DNA of 64,000 nt, from the NCBI GenBank assembly GCA_965222075.1, contig OZ244937.1, positions 2,080,001 through 2,144,000 on the forward strand, in the 5' to 3' direction. The translations under genes and the position numbers were made by a program. How positions within the stretch are numbered: position 1 is the first letter of the stretch; each line of letters begins with the position of its first letter. Shown here piece by piece: positions 9,351 through 19,947 of this stretch. The DNA comes from Candidatus Latescibacterota bacterium (GTDB taxonomy: Bacteria; Latescibacterota; UBA2968; GCA-2709665). A model generated the notes under the pieces. That model did no database searches, was not told where the DNA came from, and was given only the letters and a program-made list of their open reading frames with translations.

Positions 9351-9381
9351 ATATTCCAAGGCGTTGTCCGGGGAGGCTCCG

Positions 9382-9651
9382 ATGTTGCGCATCACAGTGG
9401 TATCACAGACGCCAGATGAGGTGGTGTTGAGGATGGAGGGCTGGGTGTCCGGAACGAATGTGGAGCTGCTGAAACAGGAAGTCACGCATTGGTTTCGGGA
9501 GGCCAAGTATGTGGTGCTGGACCTGACCAACATTCGGTTCATCGACGAAGCAGGCATCACGTTATTGCAGGGCTGGTCGAAGAAGCGTTTGATGCTGCGC
9601 GGCGGATCGCTGTTTGTTCACACACTGTTGGAGGCCCACGGGTTGGCTTAG
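9382..9651 (+). CDS. STAS-domain (anti-sigma-antagonist-like) small protein
   Basis: MLRITV start with GGAGG SD; VVLDLTNIRFIDEAGITLL resembles the STAS motif (LDLS.V.FIDS.G). Confidence 0.8.
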   Translation: MLRITVVSQTPDEVVLRMEGWVSGTNVELLKQEVTHWFREAKYVVLDLTNIRFIDEAGITLLQGWSKKRLMLRGGSLFVHTLLEAHGLA

Positions 9652-9815
9652 GGAAATAAAGACGAGGAATATAACCTGTCAGACGGGTGTATTATTGCGT
9701 ATAGATAAGGGGGAATGCTTAAAAGATGAATGATTTCGGGTGGCTGTCGGATGTCTTTGCGTGAACGTCATGCGCTTGAAGCTAAGTCGCTGGAGTTAAA
9801 GGAGGAGACCTGAAC

Positions 9816-12800
9816 ATGAGATCGACCAAGACTCTATATATGCTCACCGGGATTCTGACTCTCGTGTTGGCCCTGCCCCTGTCGGGCGCCTTTGCGGGCT
9901 CAACAGGTAAGATTTCCGGGCGGATCACCGATGCCCAGGGGGCGCCCCTGCCGGGGTCCAGCGTGGTCATCGAAGGCACTCAGCGGGGCGCCATCACCGA
10001 CGCGGACGGCTTTTACGTGATCGTGGCGGTAGACCCAGGCACCTACGATTTGACCGCGTCGTTGGTTGGGTTTGCGAATGTGACGAAACGGAATGTGAAC
10101 GTCACGGTCGATTACACGACGACGCTGAGTTTCACGCTGAAGGAGCAGGCGATTGAGGCGGCCGAGATCGTGGTGACCGCGGAGCGCTCGCCGGTGGAGG
10201 CGGACAAGACGTCGACCCGGTACGTGCTGTCGGTCGAGGATATCGAGCAGACGCCGATTGTCAAGACCACGGGCGAGTTTATCTCCCTGCAGCCGGGTGT
10301 GGACCAGGCCGGCACGTTCTCCGTCCGGGGGTCGAAACCCACGCAGGGCACCCACCCCTCCATAGCCAGAGGGTGGAATAAATATTCGGGGGGCGATGTC
10401 AACGTGATGGTTGATGGGGTTCGCATACCCCACAACGATGGGAACAGCGCCCTTCTGTTTACCGGCGTCAATAAAAGCGCGATCCAGCAAATCTCTGTGG
10501 AAACGGGTGTGACACCTGCCGAATATGGGGACGCGCAGGCCGGCACGGTCAACATTGTGATGAAGGATGGGGGAAGGGCGGTCCACGGGTGGACGGAGGT
10601 CAACCTCGAGCCTGGGGGACAGAAGCACTGGGGTACGAACGTCTACGATGCACCTTCGAACCGCGACCACATGAAGTGGGACGATCCCGAATGGCTGAAG
10701 GAAACGGACCCGCAGACGGGCCGAATCATCCACGTGCGGGAGGACTACACGAGCTACCAGGGGGTGAGGCTGGAGGGCAGCCTGTCCGGTCCGATCGGGC
10801 CGAAGGCATCGTTCATCGTCTCGGCCAAGCACGACCGCCGCGCCGCGACCTATCCGTCGGCGACGAGCCACGGGTTCTACAACGATCGGGGGCAGTATAT
10901 CAACGCGCCGGACAACTTTCAGGGGTCGGCCAGCCTGACCTTTAAGCCGACAGGCGGCATAAAGGTGAAGGCAGGGTTGATCCTGCAGCGGTACACGGCG
11001 TTTAACAACGAGTACAACCATGGCAACCAGGCGAATCACGGCTTCATCCGGGGTGTTGGCCGGGCCAGCGGCCGAAATATCTTTCTGCCGAGCGATTGGG
11101 CGTCGTCAGGCAAGTACCGCCACCAGGAAAACCTGGCGTACGTAACATTCACGCATACGATCTCGTCCAAAACGTTTTACGAGGTACGCCTTGCGCGCAG
11201 CCAGACCGTGAACGATACCATGGATACCCATCCCTGGTCGGAGAATCCGCGCAATGACAGGGCCGGGTGGTTCTATATCGACCGGGAGGTCGCGTCCTGG
11301 GTGGATACGGACCGCAAGCGGTACAGCATCAAGGCCGACCTGTCCAGCCAACTCACCAGGGGAAACTTTGTGAAGACCGGCTTTGAGATCATCCGCTACA
11401 ATACCTATTACACCTTCTGGTCATCGGGTTCCAAGACGGCGAACCGCTTCACGATGTCCGCCGGCGGCGATACGCCGTGGATCATGGACACGCCGGCCAA
11501 GCCGATCAGGGGGGCCTTCTACGTGCAGGACAAGATGGAGTTCGAGGGGCTGATCGCGAACCTGGGTGTGCGCCTGGACTTCAACAAGCACACGCACAAG
11601 GAGTTGATGTTCTCGGGGATGCACACGGCGCCCATGTGGAAGTTCTACACGCACAGGCACTACGCCTACGGCGTGGGGACGGGCGACGGGGTGAACGTGA
11701 CAGGCGACATGGCGCGGACGCCGCCGACGCAGTTCTACATCAGTCCGAGGTTGGGCGTCTCGCACCCGGTCACGGACCGCATGAAGCTGCATTTCTCGCT
11801 GGGGCGATTCCTCAAGTGGCTTTCCGTCTACGACAGCTATTCCAAGTCCTACCGGAATGCGGGTAAGGTCGGCCCGGACGGGGACCCGTCGTGGAAGGAC
11901 GTGAACGGCAACGGCGTGAAGGACCCGGCCGAGGCGCTCAACGTGATGCAGCACCCCAAGAAGGGCAACGGGGGAGATCCCTGGGCCCATCCGGAGCAGA
12001 CGATGACGTTTGAGGTGGGCGCAGACTGGAACTTCGTCTCCGACTATACCGCGTCTCTGGCGATCTGGTATCGCAGCGAGACGGACAAGATCACCGGTGA
12101 GGCGAACAGGTGGGAGGGTCCGAAGGTTGCGACGACGATTCGAGGCCAGGCCAACGGACGGGGGGCGTACGTGAAAGGCTTTGATATTATGATCAGAAAG
12201 CGGCTGAGCAACTACTTCTCGTTCCGCCTGGCGTGGACGTCAAGCTGGTCGGCGGCCGGCGACATAGGCCTCACGCAGTACAGGGCGCGCATGCACCCGG
12301 ACTCCTCCTTTGTGGTCAGCCCGGAATTCTGGTATAAGTTCAAACCTATGCCGGACGGGTCGGAGGTGGCAATCGCGCTCACAGAGGCGGAAAAGGTCAA
12401 ATTCGGCAGCGAGGCGGAGAGATATGTGCGGAACAGCAAGAGGTGGTACAAGGATGCGGCACGCACGCACTACGGCAGAATGCCGGAGTTCCCCCGACAA
12501 GGGAATGTACATGAAGTACATGTCGCTGGGTGGGTTTAACTGGGGCCCTCTGGCACTAACGGGACAGGAGAGAACCGGCGGCCGTTTGGGCCAGGCGAAC
12601 GCGCAGTTTGTGGTGCACACGCCGCCGGACGTCCGGTTCGGTCCCCGGTGGATGAACTGGCTGGCCAGCGATCTGAATGCGAACCTGCTCTGGCGGCTTC
12701 GCACCGGAATCCGGATCAAATGGAAGCCGCCGGGGGGAGGCACGGTGTTTGACCGAGGCCCGATCGTCACGCTGACGGACCTGGGTGTGGAGAAGGTCTT

Positions 12801-13020
12801 CAACTCGAAGGGGCGCGTGCGCCCGTCGTTCTTCGTCGAGGTCCGCAATCTCTTCGACCAGAAGACGGACATTACCAATCCTGGGGCCAAGTACATGCAG
12901 CGGGGCCAGCTGATGCCCGACCCGGACAATAAGGACTTTTTGACCTACGGGGACATGGGAGACCGCGATTTTGCCCACGCACCCAGACAGACCAACCTGG
13001 GCATCCGCGTCTCCTTCTGA
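9816..13020 (+). pseudogene. TonB-dependent receptor copy 1, frameshifted at C5 run 12491-12495 (real or sequencing error)
   Basis: Signal peptide, carboxypeptidase-regulatory-like domain, plug. ORFs 9816-12539 and 12310-13020 together match the intact 34270-37476. Removing one C restores F-P-D-K-G-M-Y-M. Ends RVSF. Confidence 0.85.
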
Positions 13021-13029
13021 CAGATGCCG

Positions 13030-13057
13030 GGAGGGCGCGGGTACTATCGCGCCCTCC
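13030..13057 (+). terminator. GC stem-loop after TonB receptor 1
   Basis: GGAGGGCGCG / CGCGCCCTCC; weak U-tail. Confidence 0.5.
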
Positions 13058-13121
13058 TACCTTACACTTTACGTGTTTTATCAATGACTGTTCGTATGAG
13101 ATCAGAAGGAAGGATAAGATC

Positions 13122-15530
13122 ATGAGAGTCCGAACGCCTACCTTGGCCGTTCCAATCACAGCGGCGATGGTCCTGCTCCTGCTCACCGTCGCTTCCAGTC
13201 CTCGGGCGCAGTTGGTGGGGGGAGAGGGGGACGTCGAGTCGGCACGGCTCAATCGTCCGCTTCTCTCGCCCTCTGTCACCAACGCGGGGACCCACGATCA
13301 CTTCTTCCTTGCCGGCTACGGCACGAATGCCGGGATGGCCTACCCCCGCCACAACAAGGGAGGCGGCGCCTACGGCGACAACATCCTCGGCACCATAGGC
13401 TCGTCCGGCAACAGGGATGCCTCCTTTACGGCCGTGCGCAACGGCCACGGGGTCTGGACCCTGACGTCGGACACCCGCGTGGTTTACACCGGCATCCGGC
13501 TGGGCATGCAGGAGCAGCACATCGTGCCCATGCAGTACGACGTGAGCGCCGATCCGGACCTGTCAAAGCTGGGCAAGGAAATCCACCTCCACCGCGTGCC
13601 CACGGTGAAGATGGGCAACGGAGCGGGGAGCCCCTCCGGGATATCGGAGACGAGCCTGCAGGGGAACTGGTGGCCGGGATCTGACCTGATCGAAGTGGGC
13701 AAGACCCTACCTCCCGGCACCAAGCCGCCGGTCCACATTCTCAATCTGAACCTGTCCGCCTATCCGGATGACGACACCTGGCCCGAGCAGATCATCATCA
13801 CAAAATGGACAAATTCTCAGGGCCTCACGATCACGGAACGGGTTTCCGGCTGGAGCCACCCCGACTTCGACGAGTTCTTCATCGACGAGTACGTGATCGA
13901 AAACACGGGCGATACGGATGGGGACGGGGAGCGGGACCTGCCGGCGGTCGCCCAGAACGACCTCTTCATCGGGTTTGAGGACCGGTTCAAGACCAACGCG
14001 GCCGGATCCGCGCCGTACCGCACGGCAGGGGGAGGCTACGCCTCCTGGCGGCGGGAAGAGCAAGTCACCCTGGACGACTGGTACGCCTACGACCAGAATC
14101 TCAAACTGCTGTACAACTGGGATGGCGACCAACCTCTCTTTATAGACTGGGATGATACGGGCGATCCCTACAGAGACGCCCAGGCAGAAGGGACGCTAGT
14201 CTCCGGCGCAAAGCTCGGCCAGCCTGAGGGCCAGCTGATGTCCCCCGGGCATCACGGAGTGACCGTGATCGCTTACACGGACGATTCCACGAGTCCCTAC
14301 GCGTACAATGCGCGGGACATAGGCCAGGGCTACGTCGTGCCCGAAGGCGATCAGCCCTACGCCGTGCGAATGTGGGAGTCCTTCGGTCCTCAGGTGCAGA
14401 GCGACCCGAACACCACCACGATGACGGAATTAGACATGTACTCCGAGGTGCTTTCGGGCCGCCAGATCGATCCGAACCCGGACCATGTAAGCGGCCAGAT
14501 CTCCATGCTGGTCTTCGGGCCGTACGACCTGCCCGCCGACGGAAAGACGAAGATCGTGCTGGCCTATGTGTCCGGACAGCCCGGCCAGATGCTGGGGAAC
14601 ATCGGCCCGATCGAGTGGGCGGTCAAAGGGAATCAGAACGAACTGCCCAAGGGCCACGACGCGCAGAAGCAGAATTTGGAGGCCGCACAGTTTGCTTACG
14701 ATAACGCCTTCGACCTCCCGGACGCGCCGCCCGATGTGAATTTCCGGACGGGCAGCAGCGCCACGGCGACCATGACGGTGGACTGGCCGGACGTGATCGA
14801 GAATGCGGCACACCCGGACTACGGGTCTGCGGATATTGCGGGCTACCGGGTCTATCGCACCTCCTGGTTCGACATCGGCCCCTACGAGTTGGTTGCGGAT
14901 ATCCCCGCGGGAACGACGAGCTTAGAGGCGCCTGCCTACAGGGTGACGCGCGAGGGCGGGCTGTACAAGGTCACGGACCTGCGCTCGGCGGCCGGATTCT
15001 TTTATCACTACAGCGTGCGCGCCTACGCAAAGCCCCACGCGGACTGGACCCCGGGGAGCAGCGATCCGGCGGTGCACCCGCTTTCGATGGCAGACCTGCC
15101 CGGCCACATCACCAGCCACGTGCAGGTGGGCCAGGAGGGGGGCTGGTCCGCGTCGACACAGCGGATTTATGCGGCCGAATCGCCCTTCTCGGTGCCGTCG
15201 CCGGAGACGGAGTCCCTCAGCGAAAAGATCCGGGTGGTGCCCAACCCCTACTTTGCCCTCGAACAGGGGCGATTCTACCCCGGTTCTACGAAACTCCGGT
15301 TTGTGGGCATCCCATCGCACTGCAGAATCCGCGTCTTCTCGGCATCCGGAGACATGGTCTCCGATTACCTTCACGACAATCCGACCAAGGGGGAGTCCGA
15401 CTACATCCAGGAGACGTGGAACCTGAGCGGGTCGATCGCTTCGGGGGTCTACTTCTGGGTGGTGGAGAATCTGATCGACGGTCCGAATAAAGGGAAGATT
15501 CAGAAGGGCCACCTCGTGGTTATCCGATAA
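13122..15530 (+). CDS. Secreted protein with fibronectin-III-like region and T9SS-type/FlgD-like C-terminal domain (copy 1)
   Basis: N-terminal signal peptide; PDAPP...DW...AGYRVYR...YHYSVRAY; C-terminus IRVVPNPY...IRVFSASGD...W...ASGVYFWVV...KGHLVVIR. Confidence 0.75.
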   Translation: MRVRTPTLAVPITAAMVLLLLTVASSPRAQLVGGEGDVESARLNRPLLSPSVTNAGTHDHFFLAGYGTNAGMAYPRHNKGGGAYGDNILGTIGSSGNRDASFTAVRNGHGVWTLTSDTRVVYTGIRLGMQEQHIVPMQYDVSADPDLSKLGKEIHLHRVPTVKMGNGAGSPSGISETSLQGNWWPGSDLIEVGKTLPPGTKPPVHILNLNLSAYPDDDTWPEQIIITKWTNSQGLTITERVSGWSHPDFDEFFIDEYVIENTGDTDGDGERDLPAVAQNDLFIGFEDRFKTNAAGSAPYRTAGGGYASWRREEQVTLDDWYAYDQNLKLLYNWDGDQPLFIDWDDTGDPYRDAQAEGTLVSGAKLGQPEGQLMSPGHHGVTVIAYTDDSTSPYAYNARDIGQGYVVPEGDQPYAVRMWESFGPQVQSDPNTTTMTELDMYSEVLSGRQIDPNPDHVSGQISMLVFGPYDLPADGKTKIVLAYVSGQPGQMLGNIGPIEWAVKGNQNELPKGHDAQKQNLEAAQFAYDNAFDLPDAPPDVNFRTGSSATATMTVDWPDVIENAAHPDYGSADIAGYRVYRTSWFDIGPYELVADIPAGTTSLEAPAYRVTREGGLYKVTDLRSAAGFFYHYSVRAYAKPHADWTPGSSDPAVHPLSMADLPGHITSHVQVGQEGGWSASTQRIYAAESPFSVPSPETESLSEKIRVVPNPYFALEQGRFYPGSTKLRFVGIPSHCRIRVFSASGDMVSDYLHDNPTKGESDYIQETWNLSGSIASGVYFWVVENLIDGPNKGKIQKGHLVVIR

Positions 15531-15551
15531 TGCGAAGAAAGGGGTAAGACC

Positions 15552-16538
15552 GTGAAACAGCTTAGATTCACGATACTGCTCGCCGCGATGGGGGTGCTCC
15601 TGTTTGCGCCTCCCGGCGACGCGGTTATCAAGGATGAAGTCGAGCGGCTCTTTGGCACACAAAAGTGGCTCGGCCTGGCCGGGTTTCAGTTCCTCAAGAT
15701 CGGGCAGGGTGCCCGGCCCGTGGCCATGGGCGATGCCTATACGGCCGTGGCGGACGATATCAACGCGATCTTCTGGAATCCGGCGGGGCTGACGGCCATC
15801 CGGGGCACGGCCTGGACGGCCTCCTACACGAAGTGGCTGGTGGACTCCTACCTCTACTCCGCGGCGGTGGCCTGGAACACGGGCACGGCCAGGGGCGGGG
15901 TGCTGGGCGGCAGCGTGGTGGCCTTGAGGTTCCCGCATATCGAGGAAACAACGACCTTCCAGCCGCAAGGTACGGGTGCCGGTGTGTCCACCGGGGATGT
16001 GGCCATCGGCGTGGTCTACGCGCTGAAGCTGACGGACAAATTTTCGTTCGCCTCCCGGGTGTCGTGGGTCAGCCAGACCCTCCATACCGAAAGCGTCAGC
16101 ACCATCAGTGTGGACGTGGGCACGCTCTTCTATACGGGCTTTAAGAGCCTGCGTCTGGCCATGGCGCTGAAGAACTACGGCCCGGACAAGAAGATTGTGG
16201 AGAACAAATTCTTCATGCCCCTTTATTACCACGTAGCTGCGGCAGGGGAGATCTACGGGGAGAAGGGAGACCCCGCTTATCTGACCGTGTCGGGGGAATC
16301 CGCGTTTGCGGCGGACTACGAGCTGCGCGCGCACCTGGGGGCCGAGATGTGGTTTCAGAACATGGTTGCCCTGCGGGCAGGCTACAAGTTCAACTACGAC
16401 ACGGATACCTACAGTGCAGGGGTAGGCCTGAACTACGAAATCGCCGGTGACCGGGCAGTGACGGTGGACCTCTCCTACACGGATATGGGCAGGTACTTCG
16501 ACGGTCCCATACGGGTGACGGTTGGGGGGATGTTTTAG
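15552..16538 (+). CDS. PorV/PorQ (UPF0164) family outer-membrane beta-barrel (copy 1)
   Basis: GTG start, signal peptide, FLKIGQGARPVAMGDAYTAVADDINAIFWNPAGL motif, C-terminal Phe. Confidence 0.88.
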   Translation: MKQLRFTILLAAMGVLLFAPPGDAVIKDEVERLFGTQKWLGLAGFQFLKIGQGARPVAMGDAYTAVADDINAIFWNPAGLTAIRGTAWTASYTKWLVDSYLYSAAVAWNTGTARGGVLGGSVVALRFPHIEETTTFQPQGTGAGVSTGDVAIGVVYALKLTDKFSFASRVSWVSQTLHTESVSTISVDVGTLFYTGFKSLRLAMALKNYGPDKKIVENKFFMPLYYHVAAAGEIYGEKGDPAYLTVSGESAFAADYELRAHLGAEMWFQNMVALRAGYKFNYDTDTYSAGVGLNYEIAGDRAVTVDLSYTDMGRYFDGPIRVTVGGMF

Positions 16539-16615
16539 GGAAAAAGACGGCGCCTTAGAGAGGGGATGGAGACCGGAACCGATCTCCTGGACTTGAGCCT
16601 GCCGTTGGGCAGATT

Positions 16616-16660
16616 TGCACCCCCGTCTTTTTGACTTTGGATGGGGGTGCACCTATTTTT
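16616..16660 (+). terminator. Intrinsic terminator-like hairpin overlapping putative sigma70 promoter
   Basis: TGCACCCCCGTC / GATGGGGGTGCA then CCTATTTTT; contains TTGACT-17nt-TATTTT (16631-16659). Confidence 0.55.
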
Positions 16661-16803
16661 CCCGGAACGTCTACATCATTTATGTGGCCTGCGTGGAAAG
16701 TCTGGTACAGGCCGCAAAGCTGCTCGGAGACTTCGGTCGAGGAGCGGCTGGCCATCTACGTTGGCGAAGGCCGCGGCGTTGCGTGTTGGGAAGGAACTGT
16801 TTC

Positions 16804-19800
16804 ATGTCCAAGTTTGGCGTGTTTATCCCGAAATCCGCTCGGTCGAAAGCACCCACCTCGACGGGCTCACCCGGCCCTCCTGCGCTGGACGCCACATCGG
16901 GCCTGAGTTCCGACCGGCTCTCGGAGAGACCCTTTTCACAGGCAGACCTGGAACGATACTACGGGGGATTTTTCCCCACGCCGGAGTGGACCAACGCCCT
17001 CCAGCCCGTGCCGCGCGACCGTCGCGCCAACCCTCAGTTGACGGACATATTGATCAAGCCGCTTACCCAGGATCAAATCGAGCGCCTGAAACAGGACGCC
17101 GAACCCTACCTGCGTGTCTCGCCGAATGACCTGATCGGAATGGCCCCGGTGCGCAACCGCATCGCAGGCAACGCCCGCGTGATGCCCTCCACGCGAATCG
17201 CCCGGTGTCCCGACGGCGACGGCGAAACGCTCACCTGGCGGCCCGACGACCCGGATAAGATCTGGTGTCCGCAGGGCCACACAGTAGACCCCTTCGCACG
17301 CTACCCCCAGACCGGCAGCATCCGGATCACGGGTCCCAAAGGGGACGAGCAGGACTACCCCTACCACGACGCGCCGGATGGAAAGCGGATCTACCTCTAC
17401 GGCGAGTTTATGGATTCGCTGCGCGTGTACTATCTGATCGAAGCCTCAAAAACCCTGGGAATGCTGTACCACCTCACCGGCGACATTGCATACGCCGAAC
17501 GCGCTGCGGCCATCCTCCACGGCTTCGCCCGCGCGGTGCCCCACTGGCCCAAGACCCATCGGGGGCTTCCGGGAATTGCGGAAGAAGACCGGCTTTGCCC
17601 GGTAACCGAATTTTCCGATTGCGCCGGAATCTGGTACGACAGATACCACACGGGCACGATACACCTCAGCATACTTGGGGAAGCGTACGACTTCATTGTC
17701 AATGCCCACGTCTGGGAACCGCTGGACAGCTCGGCGCCCGGCAAAGACACACGGGTCTGGATCGAGAACGACCTCTTTCTTTACTGCGTGAAAGACGCGA
17801 TCCGGTACGACATCCAGTACCCCCATCCCGACGCCGCCCTGAGCAATTATATACCCTCCCAGGCCGCAGGCTTTACCCTCATCGGGCGGGGCGTGGGCAT
17901 TCCCGAACTGGTCCACTACGCCTACTGGAAGCTCAAACAACTGGCCGAAAAGACGATCATGGCCGACTACGTATTCCCCGAGAGCATGTCCTACGGATCC
18001 ATGCACATCCACGGTATCGCCAGCGCCTCGGAAAAAGGGCAGGGATACGCCGATCCGCCCGGCTTTGTTTCGAGTATCGACGGCGGGCGGTTCGACAGCT
18101 TAGATAACGAGCAGGAACTCCCCGTTCTCCAGCGGGCGGTCGATACCCTGGCGACGATGGTCTATCCGGACGGCAACTACATCCAGGCCCACGATACCCA
18201 CCACACCATGAGGCGGAGGAAGGATGTTACTCCCGGGGAGACCCGGCCGTCCAACCTGGCCCCCAAAAAGACACGACCGCTGATCTATCCCGCTTTCGGA
18301 CATGCCTTTTTAGCAAGGGGGGAAGCAGAGAAAGGAAACCAGATCCAGGCCCACCTCCACTACTCGGGCAACTGGGGACACGACCACGACGACATGCTCA
18401 ACACCATCCTCTGGTCGTACAGCGAAGAGATGATATCCGACATCGGCTACCAGCTCACGTACGCCGGCTTCTCCAAAATCGCCGCCGGACACAACTTAGT
18501 GGTTGTAGACCGTAACACCCAGGCCAGAGTATCTTTGCCGGGGCGCCTGCTCGGGTGGCATCCGGCGGAGAATGGGGTGCAGGTGGTTGAGGCCTCGGCG
18601 CCGGAGGTCTACCCTCAGTGCAGCACGTACCGCCGGACATTATTCCTCATTCCCATTGGCGAAATGGACAACCTGGTCCTGGACATCTTCGACGTGGAAG
18701 GCGGCAGCATCCACGAATGGATGGCCCAGGGAAGCTGCATGGTCGAGCAGGCCCTGGACGTCCCGGTTCCCACCCGGTACCATGCGGACAGCTATGCGGA
18801 CGACGGGGTGCCCTTCACCCCGCCTGCCCACCGCGAATGGGAAAAGCAGCTGCACGCCCAGGGGCTCAAACCGCGCGATGTGAACCCCTGGTACGGCGTG
18901 TTTCGAAACGTCCACAAAGGACGTGTGGAAGGGCCGTTTACGGCCACCTTTCGCGCTGAGAACCCGGACATGCCCGATGTACGCCTGCACATGCTCCTGC
19001 CCACAGACGGCGACCTCTACACCTGCACCGTGCCCACCCTTCGACAGTGCTGGAGCAACGCCCTGCAAATAGAAGACCATTCCCTGGTGGAAAAATTCCG
19101 AATGCCCAAGCTCGTCATTCGACGCGAGGGAGAAAATCTGCGCAGCCGGTTTGTTGGATTGTGGGAACCCGCACGCGGCTCCATGGTCGTCAAAGAGGTG
19201 AAAAATCTCGCCCCCGGGCACTCCGAACTCGTGGCCGTAGAAATTCGTACCACCGGCGGGCACACGGTTCAACTTTTCTATTCGTCCGACCCTTCAAAGC
19301 GCCACGAGATCAGCAATGGAATGGAGTTTCAGGGCCGCTATGCGTCGGTCATCTCCCAAAACGAGAGCAAGCAGATAACACTTTACGACTGCGCATCCTT
19401 CCATAACGGCGACCTGGAACTGGCCCTGTCGCCTCGCCCGCCCCTGCCGGTGGAAGAAGTGCGCGAACAGGAGGGAGACAACGCCCTGCTGGTCCTGAAT
19501 GGCGTGTGGACGGACATACCCGAAGACCGCCCGCTTCAATTTGAAGAGCCCGAGCTGGTCATTCTGACTCAAAACGGCGGCCACCAGAGGGCCTTCCCCA
19601 TCCAGGCGGTGGAGAGAGAGGGCAGCAAGACCCTGCTGCGGTGCAGCCGCCATCCGGGATTTGATTACGACCGCGAATCGGGCGTACTCAGAGAGATCAC
19701 CACGCCGTTTCAGGTCGTGGAAGGCAGGGCGGAGGTGACGCTGCCCAACCGTACGTGGGTTCGCTCGCGTGTGGCTCGGCCCGACGTGTGGAAGGTCCGG

Positions 19801-19890
19801 TCGACGAACGCAGTCAGCATCGGCGCACACCGGGTTGAATGGAGCGGCAACTGGATAACTGTTGGGCGGAAGTGTTCCGAGGAATCATGA
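16804..19890 (+). CDS. Heparinase II/III-like protein, no signal peptide (paralog B1)
   Basis: Start MSKFGVF with AAGGA SD; FPESMSY, GHDHDDMLN, GHNLVVVD; clearly paralogous to 2508-5456. Confidence 0.75.
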   Translation: MSKFGVFIPKSARSKAPTSTGSPGPPALDATSGLSSDRLSERPFSQADLERYYGGFFPTPEWTNALQPVPRDRRANPQLTDILIKPLTQDQIERLKQDAEPYLRVSPNDLIGMAPVRNRIAGNARVMPSTRIARCPDGDGETLTWRPDDPDKIWCPQGHTVDPFARYPQTGSIRITGPKGDEQDYPYHDAPDGKRIYLYGEFMDSLRVYYLIEASKTLGMLYHLTGDIAYAERAAAILHGFARAVPHWPKTHRGLPGIAEEDRLCPVTEFSDCAGIWYDRYHTGTIHLSILGEAYDFIVNAHVWEPLDSSAPGKDTRVWIENDLFLYCVKDAIRYDIQYPHPDAALSNYIPSQAAGFTLIGRGVGIPELVHYAYWKLKQLAEKTIMADYVFPESMSYGSMHIHGIASASEKGQGYADPPGFVSSIDGGRFDSLDNEQELPVLQRAVDTLATMVYPDGNYIQAHDTHHTMRRRKDVTPGETRPSNLAPKKTRPLIYPAFGHAFLARGEAEKGNQIQAHLHYSGNWGHDHDDMLNTILWSYSEEMISDIGYQLTYAGFSKIAAGHNLVVVDRNTQARVSLPGRLLGWHPAENGVQVVEASAPEVYPQCSTYRRTLFLIPIGEMDNLVLDIFDVEGGSIHEWMAQGSCMVEQALDVPVPTRYHADSYADDGVPFTPPAHREWEKQLHAQGLKPRDVNPWYGVFRNVHKGRVEGPFTATFRAENPDMPDVRLHMLLPTDGDLYTCTVPTLRQCWSNALQIEDHSLVEKFRMPKLVIRREGENLRSRFVGLWEPARGSMVVKEVKNLAPGHSELVAVEIRTTGGHTVQLFYSSDPSKRHEISNGMEFQGRYASVISQNESKQITLYDCASFHNGDLELALSPRPPLPVEEVREQEGDNALLVLNGVWTDIPEDRPLQFEEPELVILTQNGGHQRAFPIQAVEREGSKTLLRCSRHPGFDYDRESGVLREITTPFQVVEGRAEVTLPNRTWVRSRVARPDVWKVRSTNAVSIGAHRVEWSGNWITVGRKCSEES

Positions 19891-19947
19891 ACAATATCGC
19901 GGCAACGTAATACAATAAATGCTGAAAAAACAGAGAGGAAGAACGGA

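Larger units (their letters stand above)
4494..19800 (+). repeat. Copy 1 of ~15 kb direct segmental duplication
   Basis: Matches 28932 onward at offset 24438 (e.g. 5652 vs 30090). Identical tracts alternate with diverged patches. Right end approximate. Confidence 0.93.

Noticed and set aside
12310-13020. Separate 236-aa gene
   Set aside because: It is the frameshifted C-terminus of the TonB receptor.
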